From contig JALDZX010000001.1 of assembly GCA_022813865.1 (NCBI GenBank), positions 1 through 64,000 of the forward strand: a stretch of 64,000 bases of DNA, given 5' to 3'. Below are positions 49,215-64,000 of this stretch, one piece after another (positions within the stretch are counted from its first letter, which is position 1; every line of letters starts with the position of its first letter). A model generated the notes under the pieces. It worked only from the letters and a program-made list of their open reading frames with translations, was not told the origin of the DNA and ran no database searches. The DNA is from Xylographa opegraphella. Lineage: Eukaryota. Position numbers and translations under genes: made by a program.

Positions 49215-49524
49215 TGACAGTGTCGCTGGGTCGCGGTCGCACACAGGGACAACGCACGAGTCAATCAATCAGAGCAAGCGTGACGCTGCAGGAGGTCAAC
49301 AATGGTACCTTCCGACTGGCAGGTCCGGGGGGGCTCGTCGTCGTACTTAGCTTGTTCGTGAAAGGCCTCAGGCTAGAGGAAGGACTACTGCAACGGCCGG
49401 GTTCTAGGAGAGATGGACTAATTAAGGTCAAGATGGCTTGGAACTTGGAAGGTTGTAGTGGAAGGGTGGGAAGGCACGACGGGGCGGCAAAAGAAGCCTT
49501 CGACCTTGTGGATTGCGCAAGTCT

Positions 49525-49549
49525 GTCCCGTCAGTCCCGTTTGTCCCGT
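49525..49549. promoter_or_regulatory. Three GTCCCGT direct repeats with a 9-bp period in a divergent promoter
   Basis: GTCCCGT at 49525, 49534 and 49543, between the methyltransferase and monooxygenase start codons. Confidence 0.4.
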
Positions 49550-49744
49550 CGGTTTCCCCCTCCACGCCAGGCACGATTGATATATCGCGTCCGGAAAGCA
49601 TCAAGCCACGAGTCATCCAACAGGTGAGCGCTCTCGTCCTGCACTGCTGACCTCCCTTCCCATGCGGTGCTCACCATCGCTGCCGCTAATGTCACTTTAT
49701 CGGTGCAGGGTTTAGTGTCGTCACTGCCGCGCTCTCACGAAAGA

Positions 49745-51310
49745 ATGCTCAATGGCACGACGCAGCGGTCCGACGACCTTCATGTCATTGTAATTGGCGC
49801 GGGTGAGAGCCTCCACGGTAGCAGGTCGACGGGAGAGGCGGGTGTGGGATCCTCATCGTTGACAGGAATGAATCTATAGGTTGCACGGGTCTCCTGGTCG
49901 CTCATGGCCTTAAGAAAGTACGTGTATCATTGTCGAGTCGTGGCGGTGGGCCGATGGGCAGAGAACAGCCTTCGACAGCGACTGATGTGACCACTCGTCC
50001 AGGCCGGCATCAAGTTTTCCATCTTCGAAGCCGAGCCGTTGTCCCTTTATCGGCCGCGAGAATGGAGCATGGGCATACACTGGGGTTTGCCTCTACTGGA
50101 AAAGCTCCTCCCGGCAGACCTCACGGCTCGCTTGAAGGAGGCTCAAAACGATCCTTTCATGGTCCACCCCAACCAAGATTTGCTCCCCATCTACAATGGG
50201 CAGACGGGCGAGATCTTGAAGGCGCTGCCAGTTCCAAGGACAATCCGGGTCTCGCGGCGAAAGATGAGAGCGTTCTGTAGTCAAGGAATTGACGTTCAGG
50301 TACGAGCCATTGTCTCGAACCGCCTACGACCTCCCTTGTACTAATGGAAAGACAGTACGGCAAGAAGCTTGTCGGTATCGAATATGGCGCAGATGGGAGT
50401 GGGTTGACTGCAACGTTTGAAGACGGGGAGAAGGTGGCCGGGTCTATGATCATCGGGGCGGATGGACCACGTTCGTCGGTCCGGGATCTTCTACTGGGAG
50501 AAGAGACAGCCAAGGTCACTGCATTGGAAATCGTCCATTCGAACGTGGCAGTGAAGTACCACGACGCTGAAAAGGCCAGATTCGTCCGCAGTGCACACCC
50601 CTCTTTTAGTATGGTGACTCATCCCGATTGCTTCTGCTTCATCGCCAGTGAGTCGTGCCCTTGAGTGAAACTGGTCAAAATAAAGATGGCTAATTGAAAT
50701 TAGTCCAGGACGTACCTGATCCCGACAAGCCAGAAGATTGGCGATTTCAGATCGTCACCAGCTGGTTGGGCGTGCGTGACACTTCTTTGGACGATGCCGG
50801 TCGTCTGAAGCAAGTGAAGGAGCGAGCGAGCGTTTTACCAGAACCGTTCCGATCCGCAAACCTTTGGATCCCCGACGATACGCGCATCACGTACGACCAG
50901 CTTGCGTACTGGATACCAATCCCTTGGGATAATAGAGACGGACGAGCGACCTTATGCGGCGACGCCGCGCATCCCATGACGCCCCGTAAGCTCACTCCTG
51001 CCCTCCGTGAAGACGAAGGCTATTCTGACACCTTGGATGACTAGATCGCGGGCAAGGCCTGAACCACGCGATCTGTGACGCTACGAATATTGTCGCCGCT
51101 ATGGAGAGTGTACGGGATGGCAAGGCGACGTTGAAGGAAGCAATTTCATCGTACGACAAGGAGGTCGTACCGAGGGGCAAGGATGAGGTCCTCGTCTCTC
51201 GACAGAACGCCTTCATGATGCTCGACTGGAATCAACTGCAGAACTCTCCACTCATGAAACGAGCCACAGCGCCCTCTGCCACTTTGGGCCCGGCGATTGT
51301 GGGTGCATAG
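49745..51310 (+). CDS. FAD-dependent monooxygenase (group A, FAD_binding_3-like)
   Basis: VIVIGAG.TG; IGADGPRS (DG motif); LCGDAAHPM...RGQGLNHA (GD motif). Five introns. Confidence 0.92.
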
Positions 51311-52458
51311 TTCTCAGGAGGAGGTTGGACAGGGACATTGCTCTCTAGCCTTGAATATCAGATGCTATAGCCGCTCTTTACGATACAATACATTCTAGTT
51401 CCAGTTCGGACTGTCTACTATTTATCATTGTTTGGTCCGAGTAAAGACCAGGTAGCTCTGGGATACTCCTTCTCCTCGAGATCGCCTTGCTCCCTTGGAT
51501 CGCTTGACGTCACTTTTAGCTATTACCCAATGGGTTAGGGCGAGTCCTGCAGGCACGAAAACATCAACTTCAGACCATTCGAGAGCGTCGCAACGTTGCG
51601 ACGTGATACAGGTGACGTCGCTGTGCACGACCGACGTCGTACCTGCCAGCAGAAGACTCGACATCTTCCCTGAGGACTCACCCAGCTGAGGACTCGCCCA
51701 GCCGAGTCGTCGCACAGAAACGCCTCCGACAACGGCCGGTTGCCCGGTCTGGTTCAGAGCCATCTGAGTACTGCCAGGGTTCGATGGGTAGACAAGACCC
51801 CTTGGCAATCACACCGGTATACCTCTGAGATCTCGTTGCTTAGGCTATAGAGTTGTGTTTGATGTAGAGATGTTTGGATTCAATTGTCACATGTAGCTAC
51901 GAGCCTCCCGCAGATGCTGCATCTGGAAGAAAAGCACTGCGTCCTGAGCATCCATTATTGACGACGCGATCGATTAATACTCGACGACGAAAATGCATGA
52001 TGCGGTAACCGTGTTACATGTGGCAAGTGGTCAGGCTGCTGCCGTCCGTATCTCGGTGTAAGTCGTACTGCAGCGGCAACAGCAAGCCGTAGGGAGGCTC
52101 ATTCGTTGGCGGACGCAGGAACGTGTTTGTTCTGCTCCAGCCAGTTCCGTTTCTCTACGGGCTTTGCATGTGGTCCCGGACATCTGGAGCCCGGAACTGG
52201 CCTCATTCTCGAATTGTCGTAATAGACGCAATACTCTACGATGGAGCGTCGGTCGTGCTTCGCAATTCCACCAATTCTTTGGTACTCGGGGCTGCGGCAC
52301 GGACTGGCGCAGCAAGGCTGCCGTCGCATCCTCCCACTGACGCGCCCTCCTGCCTTTGTCTGACATCGCTACCACGTCCGCGTCGTCGGTGTTGATCATC
52401 ACTGAAGTTGCGCATTCTATCTCAATAGCTCTATTGCGCTGAGGCCGGAGGTGTCGAT

Positions 52459-53309
52459 ATGTCACAGACTCAAGCCATAACAGAAGGGAGCCTGTCACCT
52501 CCCATCCCGCTGAATGCGATCGCGGCCGCAAACTCGTCACCGAATCCCGAGAAAATGATGGCCATGCATGCCCCAACACCAAGTAACGTCGTTGCTTCCG
52601 AGAACTCGGTCTGGACTCTCCTGAAAGAAGTGGTCACGTTCGTATTCCAATTGGTGGCCGTGATCGCGGCGTTGGTATTCGGTGCGTGGGCGATCAAGTC
52701 CTACGACATCCAGTTGACAGCCAACGACCTCGCAAGCCAATCGCTGCAGTCCTCGGCCACCGGTAACCAGGATGCCAATCAGTTGGCCATACTCTCGGGC
52801 CAGTTGTCCCTGTTGGCATACTGCGAAGCATACGGGGTGAGTGCTTCCCGCCCGGCTGGTTCGGAATGCGAGCTGATTGACAACCATGAAAGAACACTAC
52901 AAACAACCAAGCCACGTGTGAGGCAATCGCGGCCGCCCTACCGCTCGTAAGCCTGGCATCTGCACTCTCGATTTCTATCCCTTCGCCGAGCCCGACCGTC
53001 CCAAGCTCTGCGGCCCCGAGCGCCAGCTTGACCGCCTCCGCGCCGGTTCTCAGCAGCTTACCGACGACCAGCGGTTCATCGCTGGCCAGCAGCACTTCAA
53101 CTCCGCTGCCAGGGGGTTCCACCTCCTCCTCTTCTGCCCCTTCGACGAGTCTGAGCATCGGAGCTATCGTTGGCATCGTCGCTGGAACCGTGCTCGTCGT
53201 TGTGACTTTGATCACGGCGTGCTTGTTCCTCTACAGAAGACCGAGAAGGAATACTGCACGAGCACCGCTTGGGTTTCCTCATGCTGCAGATGGGGGCCTG
53301 GGGAGTTGA
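52459..53309 (+). CDS. Small two-TM membrane protein with a Ser/Thr/Pro-rich stalk
   Basis: TM1 VVTFVFQLVAVIAALVFGAWAI. Intron 52837-52892 joins two ORFs in frame. Cys pair, Ser-rich linker, TM2 SIGAIVGIVAGTVLVVV...LY followed by RRPRR. Confidence 0.72.
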
Positions 53310-54153
53310 GTAGGTGCCATGATCGGATACTTGTCATAGGACAGGCGCCCGCTACGGCTTAGTGAGGCCGTTTGGGAGTCGAGGTGATGGAACCATCCCG
53401 GCGAGCATACTCGACTACCATTCAAAGACGAAGTGCCCGCTACAGCTTCCGTAAAGCTTGTTTGCGAGTCGCAGCGCCTGCATATGGCGAAAGACAATGA
53501 TCCAACCCTCTTCAACGATTGACGGCCCCTCGCAACTTTCCCCAAAAGGCCACTGTTCACAAGTCGCGGGATGGAAATATGATCCACATACAACTTTCTA
53601 CCATGCAAACCTGAAAGCCACCACCAGGCCCCCCGTGAACAGATGCAGACGTCAATGTAGGGTTCATGGTCTTCGCACGGCGGGTTTCCCACAGGATAGG
53701 AATATGCAATCCATGTTGTATACTGCGAAATACTGGGGGACGACGATCTCCGGGTTTGCATAATCGACCAGATAGGGGGGTCAAAATCGCAGTAGTCGAG
53801 TACGAGCGACCGCCTTCGGATCGAATGTCTCTGGTCCGCCCTTTGATGGATTATGTCTGTATATACAACTGCAGAGCAAGTCTGCGACGATGGTCAAGCT
53901 GTAAATAGTGTCCGCTCTTGCTGCGGCCTTCTAGACCCGACGCTCGCACTGAGTCGCTGGAAAGGTATCTTACAGGAGTAGGATTGCTCCCAACAACACC
54001 GAACGAGTAGATGATAGATACTGTACGTGCTCAGCTCCCAACGCCCCCTTCTCCATACTCTACAAACGCGCCCCACCCGGTGGTATCTCCCTCACAACTA
54101 CAACCGTATCCCCATCCCCAAGCCCCCTAACGCCCGCCTTGCCCCTAAATCCC

Positions 54154-57257
<3,104 letters not shown>

Positions 57258-57340
57258 CTTTGCTTTTTGCCGGGCGCAGAATTGAGCGTATGTGTGAGAT
57301 AGAGGGAGGGGTTGTCTGAAAGAGAATGCGTGATTAGGAG

Positions 57341-57870
57341 ACGCGAGGGAAAGACGCTTTTCTATATTCGGTCAACGCGACGTGTTAAGTGGTTTTTGTT
57401 CGCGCGAAAGAATTAGCGCCTGTTTCCTGCCCGCAACACGTGCAATCCACCCCATGGAGACCCGATTCCTAGATGGAAGATTACCTTGTCAAATCTTGAG
57501 CGTTTGATTAAAATCCGGCTCGACAAACATCCTTTCCTACGATCGAGTTGACCTCCCGATACGAATCTCTCGAGGTTCAAACACGACGCTCTGGTCAAGT
57601 CTTCCCGGTTGGAAGGGAGGCGCGCGGGTGGGGTCCGCCGTTGCGTTCGCGAAAACATTTACTGAGTAATATATCCCCCTACCTCGATACCCTTCTTCTG
57701 GTGATTCACCTTCGACCAAGTGCAAAGTAGTCCTCAATGAGTCCACAAGTCTCACAATGTCACGGATCCTACAAGCGGAAAGGCATCATAATCATGTTTC
57801 GATTAATGCTATATAACAAACACTGAGATAAATTGCCGTAGCTAACCTAGGCTTTTGCTCGAAAACGCGT
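57341..57870. promoter_or_regulatory. MCB/SCB-like CGCG elements upstream of MCM6
   Basis: ACGCGA at 57341 and 57375, TTCGCGCGAA at 57399-57408, TTCGCGAA at 57646-57653, ACGCGT at 57865-57870. Confidence 0.6.
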
Positions 57871-57990
57871 TCCCCAGTAACAATATAATGATAAAATCCG
57901 AAGGCAATGCGTTTATCCTGGAAGACGGCCGCCCAGCGCTAGCATCCTCCCATCCACGGCCACACAACTGATGGGCCGATCGAATCCAGC

Positions 57991-60900
57991 TTAATCGTCT
58001 GGAATCTCTGGCACCTCCGAGTCGAACTCATGCTCGTCATCCATAATGATAAACTCCTTGTGAGTTTCATCTTCCTGGACGGGTCCAAAGAGCCGCAGCA
58101 GCTCTGACAGCGACAGTTTCGCAAGCCGCGTGCCGTCGTCACCCATCGCCGAGTCGATGTCGGCCTGTTTCGCGATCTGCATGTTCTGAAGCTTCTCATC
58201 GACCGTGTTCTTGACCACAAACCTGGTGATGTGTGTCTCCTCTGTTTGGCCGATTCGAAATACGCGGCAAAACGCTTGTTGTTCGACGGCATTGTTCCAC
58301 CACAAGTCAATGCACACGACGCGGGAGGCCTAATGCGATGTGTTTAGTATTTCTTCAGCGTGGGTATTTGAAGGACTGTACCATTGTCAAGTTGAGCCCA
58401 ACACCACCGCACTTCAGGCTGGCAATCAATATCTTCTTTTCCTTATTATCACGGAACCTCCGGATTGCTTTGTCTCGGGCGTCGTGCGTCATTTTTCCAT
58501 GATACTATGTAGCGATGTTAGCCCCAAAGTTCTACCAAGTCAAGCAATATCACTTACGCAGCAATGGCCCCATCCCCGGGAGTAGCACATACGTCCGATT
58601 ATTTTGATCCTGCGTGGTGTTAGTGAACTGTGCAGAAGAGCATTTAGTCTATCTCACATCATCTGGAACTGTGTGAAGATGATAATCTTAGATTTTGGCT
58701 CTTGCTTAGCCCATTCTTCGATCTGCGCCACTAGGGCTGCAGTTTTGGCGGATGGCAAGATTGACCCTTCAACATCTAGCCACTTCATATCCTCATCCAC
58801 ATTTCGCCGCCGTGGGACCCTCGTCTCTTGACCGTCCTGCGAAGTATTGGTAATATCTGATCCGCCGAGTTCTTTTATCCCGTTGGCAGGGCGCGTTTCA
58901 GCGTAAATCGCACCACACTCCCGGCATGTTGCATTGTCTTCGCCGCTAGTGGCAGCCTCAATAGCCATAGCATTCAAGCATTCCTGGAATCGTCAGCAAA
59001 ACAAGCTCAGGTGGCCTTCGTCCTGGGATATAGATCGTCAATACCTTGCAATAAAGATGGAGACAGCTTGTGACCCATGGTTCCGTAGGAACGTCTTTAC
59101 ATTGATGGCACAAACTACGAGTGGTCAATGCATCCCACTTTTTGCTGTTTGCAAGTTCCCGCAGCATCCTCCGGAATTTAAAAACGAGAGGACGTGATTG
59201 TTCTGAAATCGGGTCATCGGCCTCCGGCGTATCATCGGGGCGTCGTGTTTCTGCTGCCTCTGTAGGCTTATCCCTCGCCTGGATCATTTTTCGCATTTGT
59301 GCCAGCATATTCCTATCGTTAGCGGTTTCCTTATCTGTCGCTGCTGTGACTTCGTGAGCTGTGGCCTCCCATAGTCGTTGGACATCTTCCAATTCGAAGA
59401 GATCTTCCATTGTTTCTTGAAGCATAAACGTATGTGCAGTCAGTTGCTAATGAATCCATTGATTAGCGTTCCTCATCTACAATCGGAATCGAGCTGAACT
59501 CACCCGTAGACGTAGCAACATGACTAGTATTGAGTTATATGACTTCTCCAGAACGCCTCGGGATTGCCATGAATTTATTCGCTGGATGAACCTTGCACGG
59601 ACAATTTCATAGATAGACCGTTCCACAGGTGAAAAATCAATAAGTATGGTACGCTCATGATTCTCTGGTAGCTTCACAAGTGGCGCACCGAAGAGAGTAT
59701 CAGTATACACTCTCCTTATCATGAAGCGCCTCAGAAAAGTATGCAGCCGCTCATCGCCTAGGTCATTAGACCTATCACAAAAGTTTTCACAAAAGACCTC
59801 GTAATTTCCAGTATGCCGTACTCGAAGAAACTTCCAGTATGGGAAAAGCTCACGAGGACTATTTTGGATGGGTGTACCAGACACTGCCCATCGATGATTG
59901 GCCAGAAGGCCTCGACAAGCTTTGGAAATCTGCGACTTATGGTTCTTGATGACTTGTGCTTCATCAAGGATAACACGATGGAAACGAATGGTATGAAGCG
60001 GGCCGCGGCTATATTCAAAGTGATCCTTCCACCAGGCCATTTTACTTTCGTGAGACATAAGCTCCTTTGGCGGCTGGTATTTGGGATATGATTTAGAAAT
60101 CTCTCCATATGTACTGAGTACAACGTCGGCTTGCCGCAGCAATGATAGAACACCTGAGCCAGCGATTCTGGAGCCAGAATGGAAGCGTACTACAGCGCCT
60201 ATGGCGTCTGATTCAGCGTGCATGGCGAGCTCTTCCTCCCATTGTGAGATCAACGACGGCGTTGCCACGATCAATGTTGTCTTACAGGGTTCGCCAAGCG
60301 GTGGTTTGTTAGCTAAGATTAGTGCAATAAGCATGATGGTTTTCTGTGGCTATTAGATTGAGTAAGCAAAGATGAGTGCTAAACATACCCCGAAACCCAT
60401 GGAGTCACAGAGCATGCCACCATAAGGCTCATCATCACCCGTTTCCCTCTCGACCATCCAGGCCGAACCCTGAACTTGAAAGTGCATCAAGGCAGACTTC
60501 ATCCCTTTGAGCAACCATTTCCCGTTGCCGTCTGGACGAACTTTCCTCAGTCCTAATACCTTGGTAGCTTTCAAAACATGCTGCATCTCTCGAGAGGCCA
60601 TGCGTTGGTCTTCAAGCGGAACAGATGCCACGAGCTGCTTCAGAGCATCAACTTTGCGCTTTTCGGTCATGACTGGTGCTTCTTGCTTGTTAAGATTGGC
60701 ATTAGCATCGGTATAGACATTGTTCGAAAGCAGACTTCTAACGTCGCGGAACAACGTAGGCTTTTGTGATTTTGAATTCGACTTTTTCTCATTGGCAGTT
60801 TTAGCGGCAGCCGGTCTCGTCTTGGGAAGCTTTGCTTCACTGCCTTTTGGTCCCATGCTGGAAGCAGTCTTCTGAGTATCCCTCTTTCCTCCTGAACGAC

Positions 60901-62269
60901 TCTTCTTGGTTGCCTTCTCGTTCTTGGCTATCTCCTCTTCAATACCTGCCAAGCAAGCATCATTCAAGTCCATTGCTTCCGATCTCTTTTTGCCTCGTAC
61001 TTTCGCACGCTTGGATTGGGCCTCGTTACCGAGGAGAGGCCCGCCTTCATCTTCTGTCTCTGCTGTGGCAAAATGAGCGCGCTTTCGAGAGGATGCTCCG
61101 GCCGACATGTTAGGTACAAAGAGCCCATCACCGTCGCCTTCAGCACTACTTTCACCTCTATTACCAGCACTAGCGGCTCGTAGGCGCTCGATCTCGTTGC
61201 GCTTAAGACGAGCCTTCTCAGTTCTCTGCGCCTTGATAAACTCGATCTCGTCCTCCCATTTGAGATTTCCAGCACGTTTCTTAGCATTGTATCTTTTCTT
61301 GAGCCCAGCAAATTTGGCGGCCGGATCTGCATCACGTTCGGCTTCGTCCGCATCACCGTGCATCCAAGCGTTTGGGTCGTTCTCTGCAGAACGGGGGCCT
61401 TGTCCAGAAGGAGGGCCTCGCACAGGAGAAGGGCCCAGCACAGGAGGAGGGCTCTGCACAGGAGGAGGGCCCTGCACAGGAGGAGCGCCCTGCACATGAG
61501 GAGCGCCTTGGACAGGAGGAGCGCTTTGCACAGGAGCTGGCGGAGCAACACCTTGCCGCCTAAAGATATTCGCAGCGCCACCAGCGACAGGCTTCCCCGT
61601 AATCCTCTCCGCCAGCTCCGCCTGAATCTCACGCATACGAGCATTTTGCGCCGCCGTGAGCGGCTGCCTCGACTTTTTCTTGGTCAGTAGCGTCCTCTGT
61701 AGAGTATTTTGATTTGGCATAGTGGCAGGCGGTAATACGATAGGCGTATCGGTCACATTAAAGGCAGGGCCTTTGGAGATGTCGTCCTCGTCATCCGGTA
61801 TGATGATTGTGCCGTTGATGCGATCGGTCCATACAAATTCCAATTGACTATCGTCCTCCTTCTTGACTTCGACTTCGTCCTGGGCAACCGCGACGACAAC
61901 ATCGGGAGGGGCTTGCGGGTTGATGATCCTCGTAGTTTCCACAACATCGTTCATGTTAATTTCAAGAGGCTCCTCTTTGATCCTGGTCGCTAGAGTCTCC
62001 ACAGATGTGTCAGGTTGGCTAGTCGGTTCCCATTCGTCAATATCTATGATATCGACACCCTCTGGCATCATAAACTTTGGCTTGCCTGCGTGTATCCGAG
62101 GCGAGTCATCGGGTGTAGGCGACTCTGAAAAATCACGTATCGGGGAGGGCGCCAGGAACATATCGTCCACGTTGACTTCCGCTTCATCAATCTCAGAAGG
62201 AGGGTGTGTTATCTCGTTCTGAGTGCCCATGGACTCGTCCATAGGGTCATAACCAATGCCAAATGCCAT
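57991..62269 (-). CDS. SNF2-family ATPase with an inserted RING finger (Rad5/Rad16/Uls1-like group)
   Basis: ATG at 62269 (CAACC-ATG-G). Motifs GGMLCDSMGFG|KT, QWEEE, RVILDEAQ, SGTPIQN; RING CHQC...CLHLYCKEC...CREC; SLKCGGVGLNLT, WWN, QAFCRVFRIGQ. Six introns. Confidence 0.92.
61394..61545 (-). repeat. Coding 18-bp minisatellite (about 8 copies) encoding PPVQG(A/P) repeats
   Basis: Unit is approximately GCACAGGAGGAGGGCCCT on the + strand; protein reads APVQSAPPVQGAPHVQGAPPVQGPPPVQSPPPVLGPSPVRGPP. Confidence 0.9.
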
Positions 62270-64000
62270 GGTTGTGATTGCCCTAACACTTTCGATCAGC
62301 ATCAAATCTCCAAGAACCGGCCCCAAATAGTAGTCAATTTACGGGTTTGACAACGTATTGACCTAGGTTGCACCAGGTAATGAGTAGCCGAAACTTTCCA
62401 GTGAACTCACAAAACGAGCATGCAAAGGTACAACATGGAACTTGGTATGACTTGTAAACAAGCAATGGTAGCTTGAAGGAAGGATCAGGCATCAAAGCTA
62501 CATAAAGTCTCTCCTCGAGTATGAATTTTCGAGTCCAATGTATGGTGGACTCAAAAACCGCAGTAGTAATAAAGACCGAGAAATTTATATGAGATCGCTA
62601 GATGTAATTGAGCAGGAAAAGGACACGAGGCCTAAAGGACCAAGAAAGGGGTAGAATATCGATTCAACCAAGGACACAGAAGGAAGCATAAGTCATCTGT
62701 CTGGAGTGAGATACGGTAGGCATCAAGCCAAGGAGACCGTAGGGTATGCGTAGCCTGGTAGAAGGAAGGTAAAAGATTTCTCTTATGTTGGACGATGAAA
62801 ACGAGTCTTGAAACACTGAACGTAGATGTCTGAGATGTCCCAAGTGATTTTCAGAGAGCAATGGCTACACGGAAAGGACAACGACTATCACACAATGATG
62901 TGAGGAAAGGCGGATAGTGGATGTCTACCTTATCAAATTGAGCTCGTGATAGGTATCCTGTGAAGTGTAGAAGATAGACTCGTTTGGGTCAGAAATAAGA
63001 CGTGAAGCAAGAAGAAAAGTAGCGTGGATGAGAAACAACCGAGACCACAAACAGAGGGAGATCTGTATGTACCCTAAGCCAAAGATGCGGATTTGGCAAC
63101 GGGGCCAAAGTGATTTTCAGTAGAGTGAAGACCGATTGGATACGTCTTTAGTAGCCCTGCACCAATCTTCAATGAGTCAGCTCGACAGCTATCGATTGAT
63201 GGGATGGGTACAACATTCCTCATGAAGTTTCAAACAAGATTGATTCACTCAGTGTAGACAATTTGTTATGGAGAAGTAAGAATGCCAACGGTGGAGCAAA
63301 GGGCTCGGTAACAAATTCAGAAGAGTTAACTGGATCGCCAGAAGAAATCAATGAAGGTACTGGAAGAATTACCAAAGGGTTCAGAAGAAGTCGTAGATTT
63401 GTATGTCGCCTTGGCGGATGCCTGAGCTTAGTACGACCAGCAATGGCCGGATCGGATGGCCAAAGGGAGAGGTTACAACAGGGAAGATCTTTAATTTAGA
63501 TACGGGAATTGCGCTCTCCCGCGAGGAAATAGCTCAGTTAATCGAATATCGAAGAAAGAGCAAGTAAGAAATGAAGTAATAGAAGTGATGATCGCTGGAG
63601 GCTCCAGATGAGATTGCCTTGACGCCCTTGGCGTAGGCTTGAAGGTACAGAATAGCAAGCGTCAGTGAGTCTGATCGTAATGATTATGCTTTGATAAGAT
63701 GAAGTGAAGAGAACTGCCGAAGAAGAGAGCGAAGCATCGAGCTTGTCAGGTAGAAGGTGAAGTCGAAGAGAAATTAGGTAGAGTACGTTGCAGTTCAAAG
63801 GCCGTGAAGTCGATCGATGTGGTGATATAAGCGATACTGGAGTTGGTGGATGAGAATCCATTCTGCTCGGTGATATAGTTCAAGAAAAAGAGTTTCCTCA
63901 GAGCTTCGTAGCGGCGACCAGTTTATAACCGGCTCACAGTCATGCTCCTAACCGTGCAAAGACAAGGGAAGTATATCTCACATTCCCACACCACCACCAT

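Noticed and set aside
57574..57582. GGTTCAAAC B-box/T-loop-like motif suggesting a tRNA
   Set aside because: No proper T-stem, acceptor stem or anticodon arm.

Overview
Intron-rich, gene-dense DNA from a filamentous ascomycete (Pezizomycotina; a Eurotiomycete/Chaetothyriomycetidae-like placement is only my inference). It has short GT-AG introns with CTRAC branch sites. I found no rRNA, tRNA or CRISPR array. About 20 genes can be reconstructed, in order: FNIP/Lst4-like, IML1/DEPDC5, a Tri3-like acyltransferase pseudogene, a secreted GMC oxidoreductase with a Ser/Thr tail, a thioredoxin-fold protein, an Rds1/ferritin-like protein, a GPI cell-wall protein, an amino-acid permease, an LtrA-like membrane protein, two hypotheticals, a PNPOx-like protein, a nucleotidyltransferase-like orphan, a 65-aa Cys-rich microprotein, a CSC1/OSCA channel, an 11-intron LaeA-like methyltransferase, an FAD monooxygenase, a small membrane protein, MCM6 and a SNF2-RING ATPase. 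A probable DNA-transposon end lies at the window start. The most notable observations are: (1) subunits of the two Rag-GTPase GAP complexes (Lst4/FNIP and Iml1/DEPDC5) sit head-to-head around one GTCACGTG E-box; (2) recurrent GC-rich islands with C-rich-to-G-rich strand-skew flips lie at convergent gene ends and appear to reshape the overlapping proteins; (3) an uncharacterised CCA/PAP-like nucleotidyltransferase. All calls come from reading the sequence and from motif recognition; no database searches were run.
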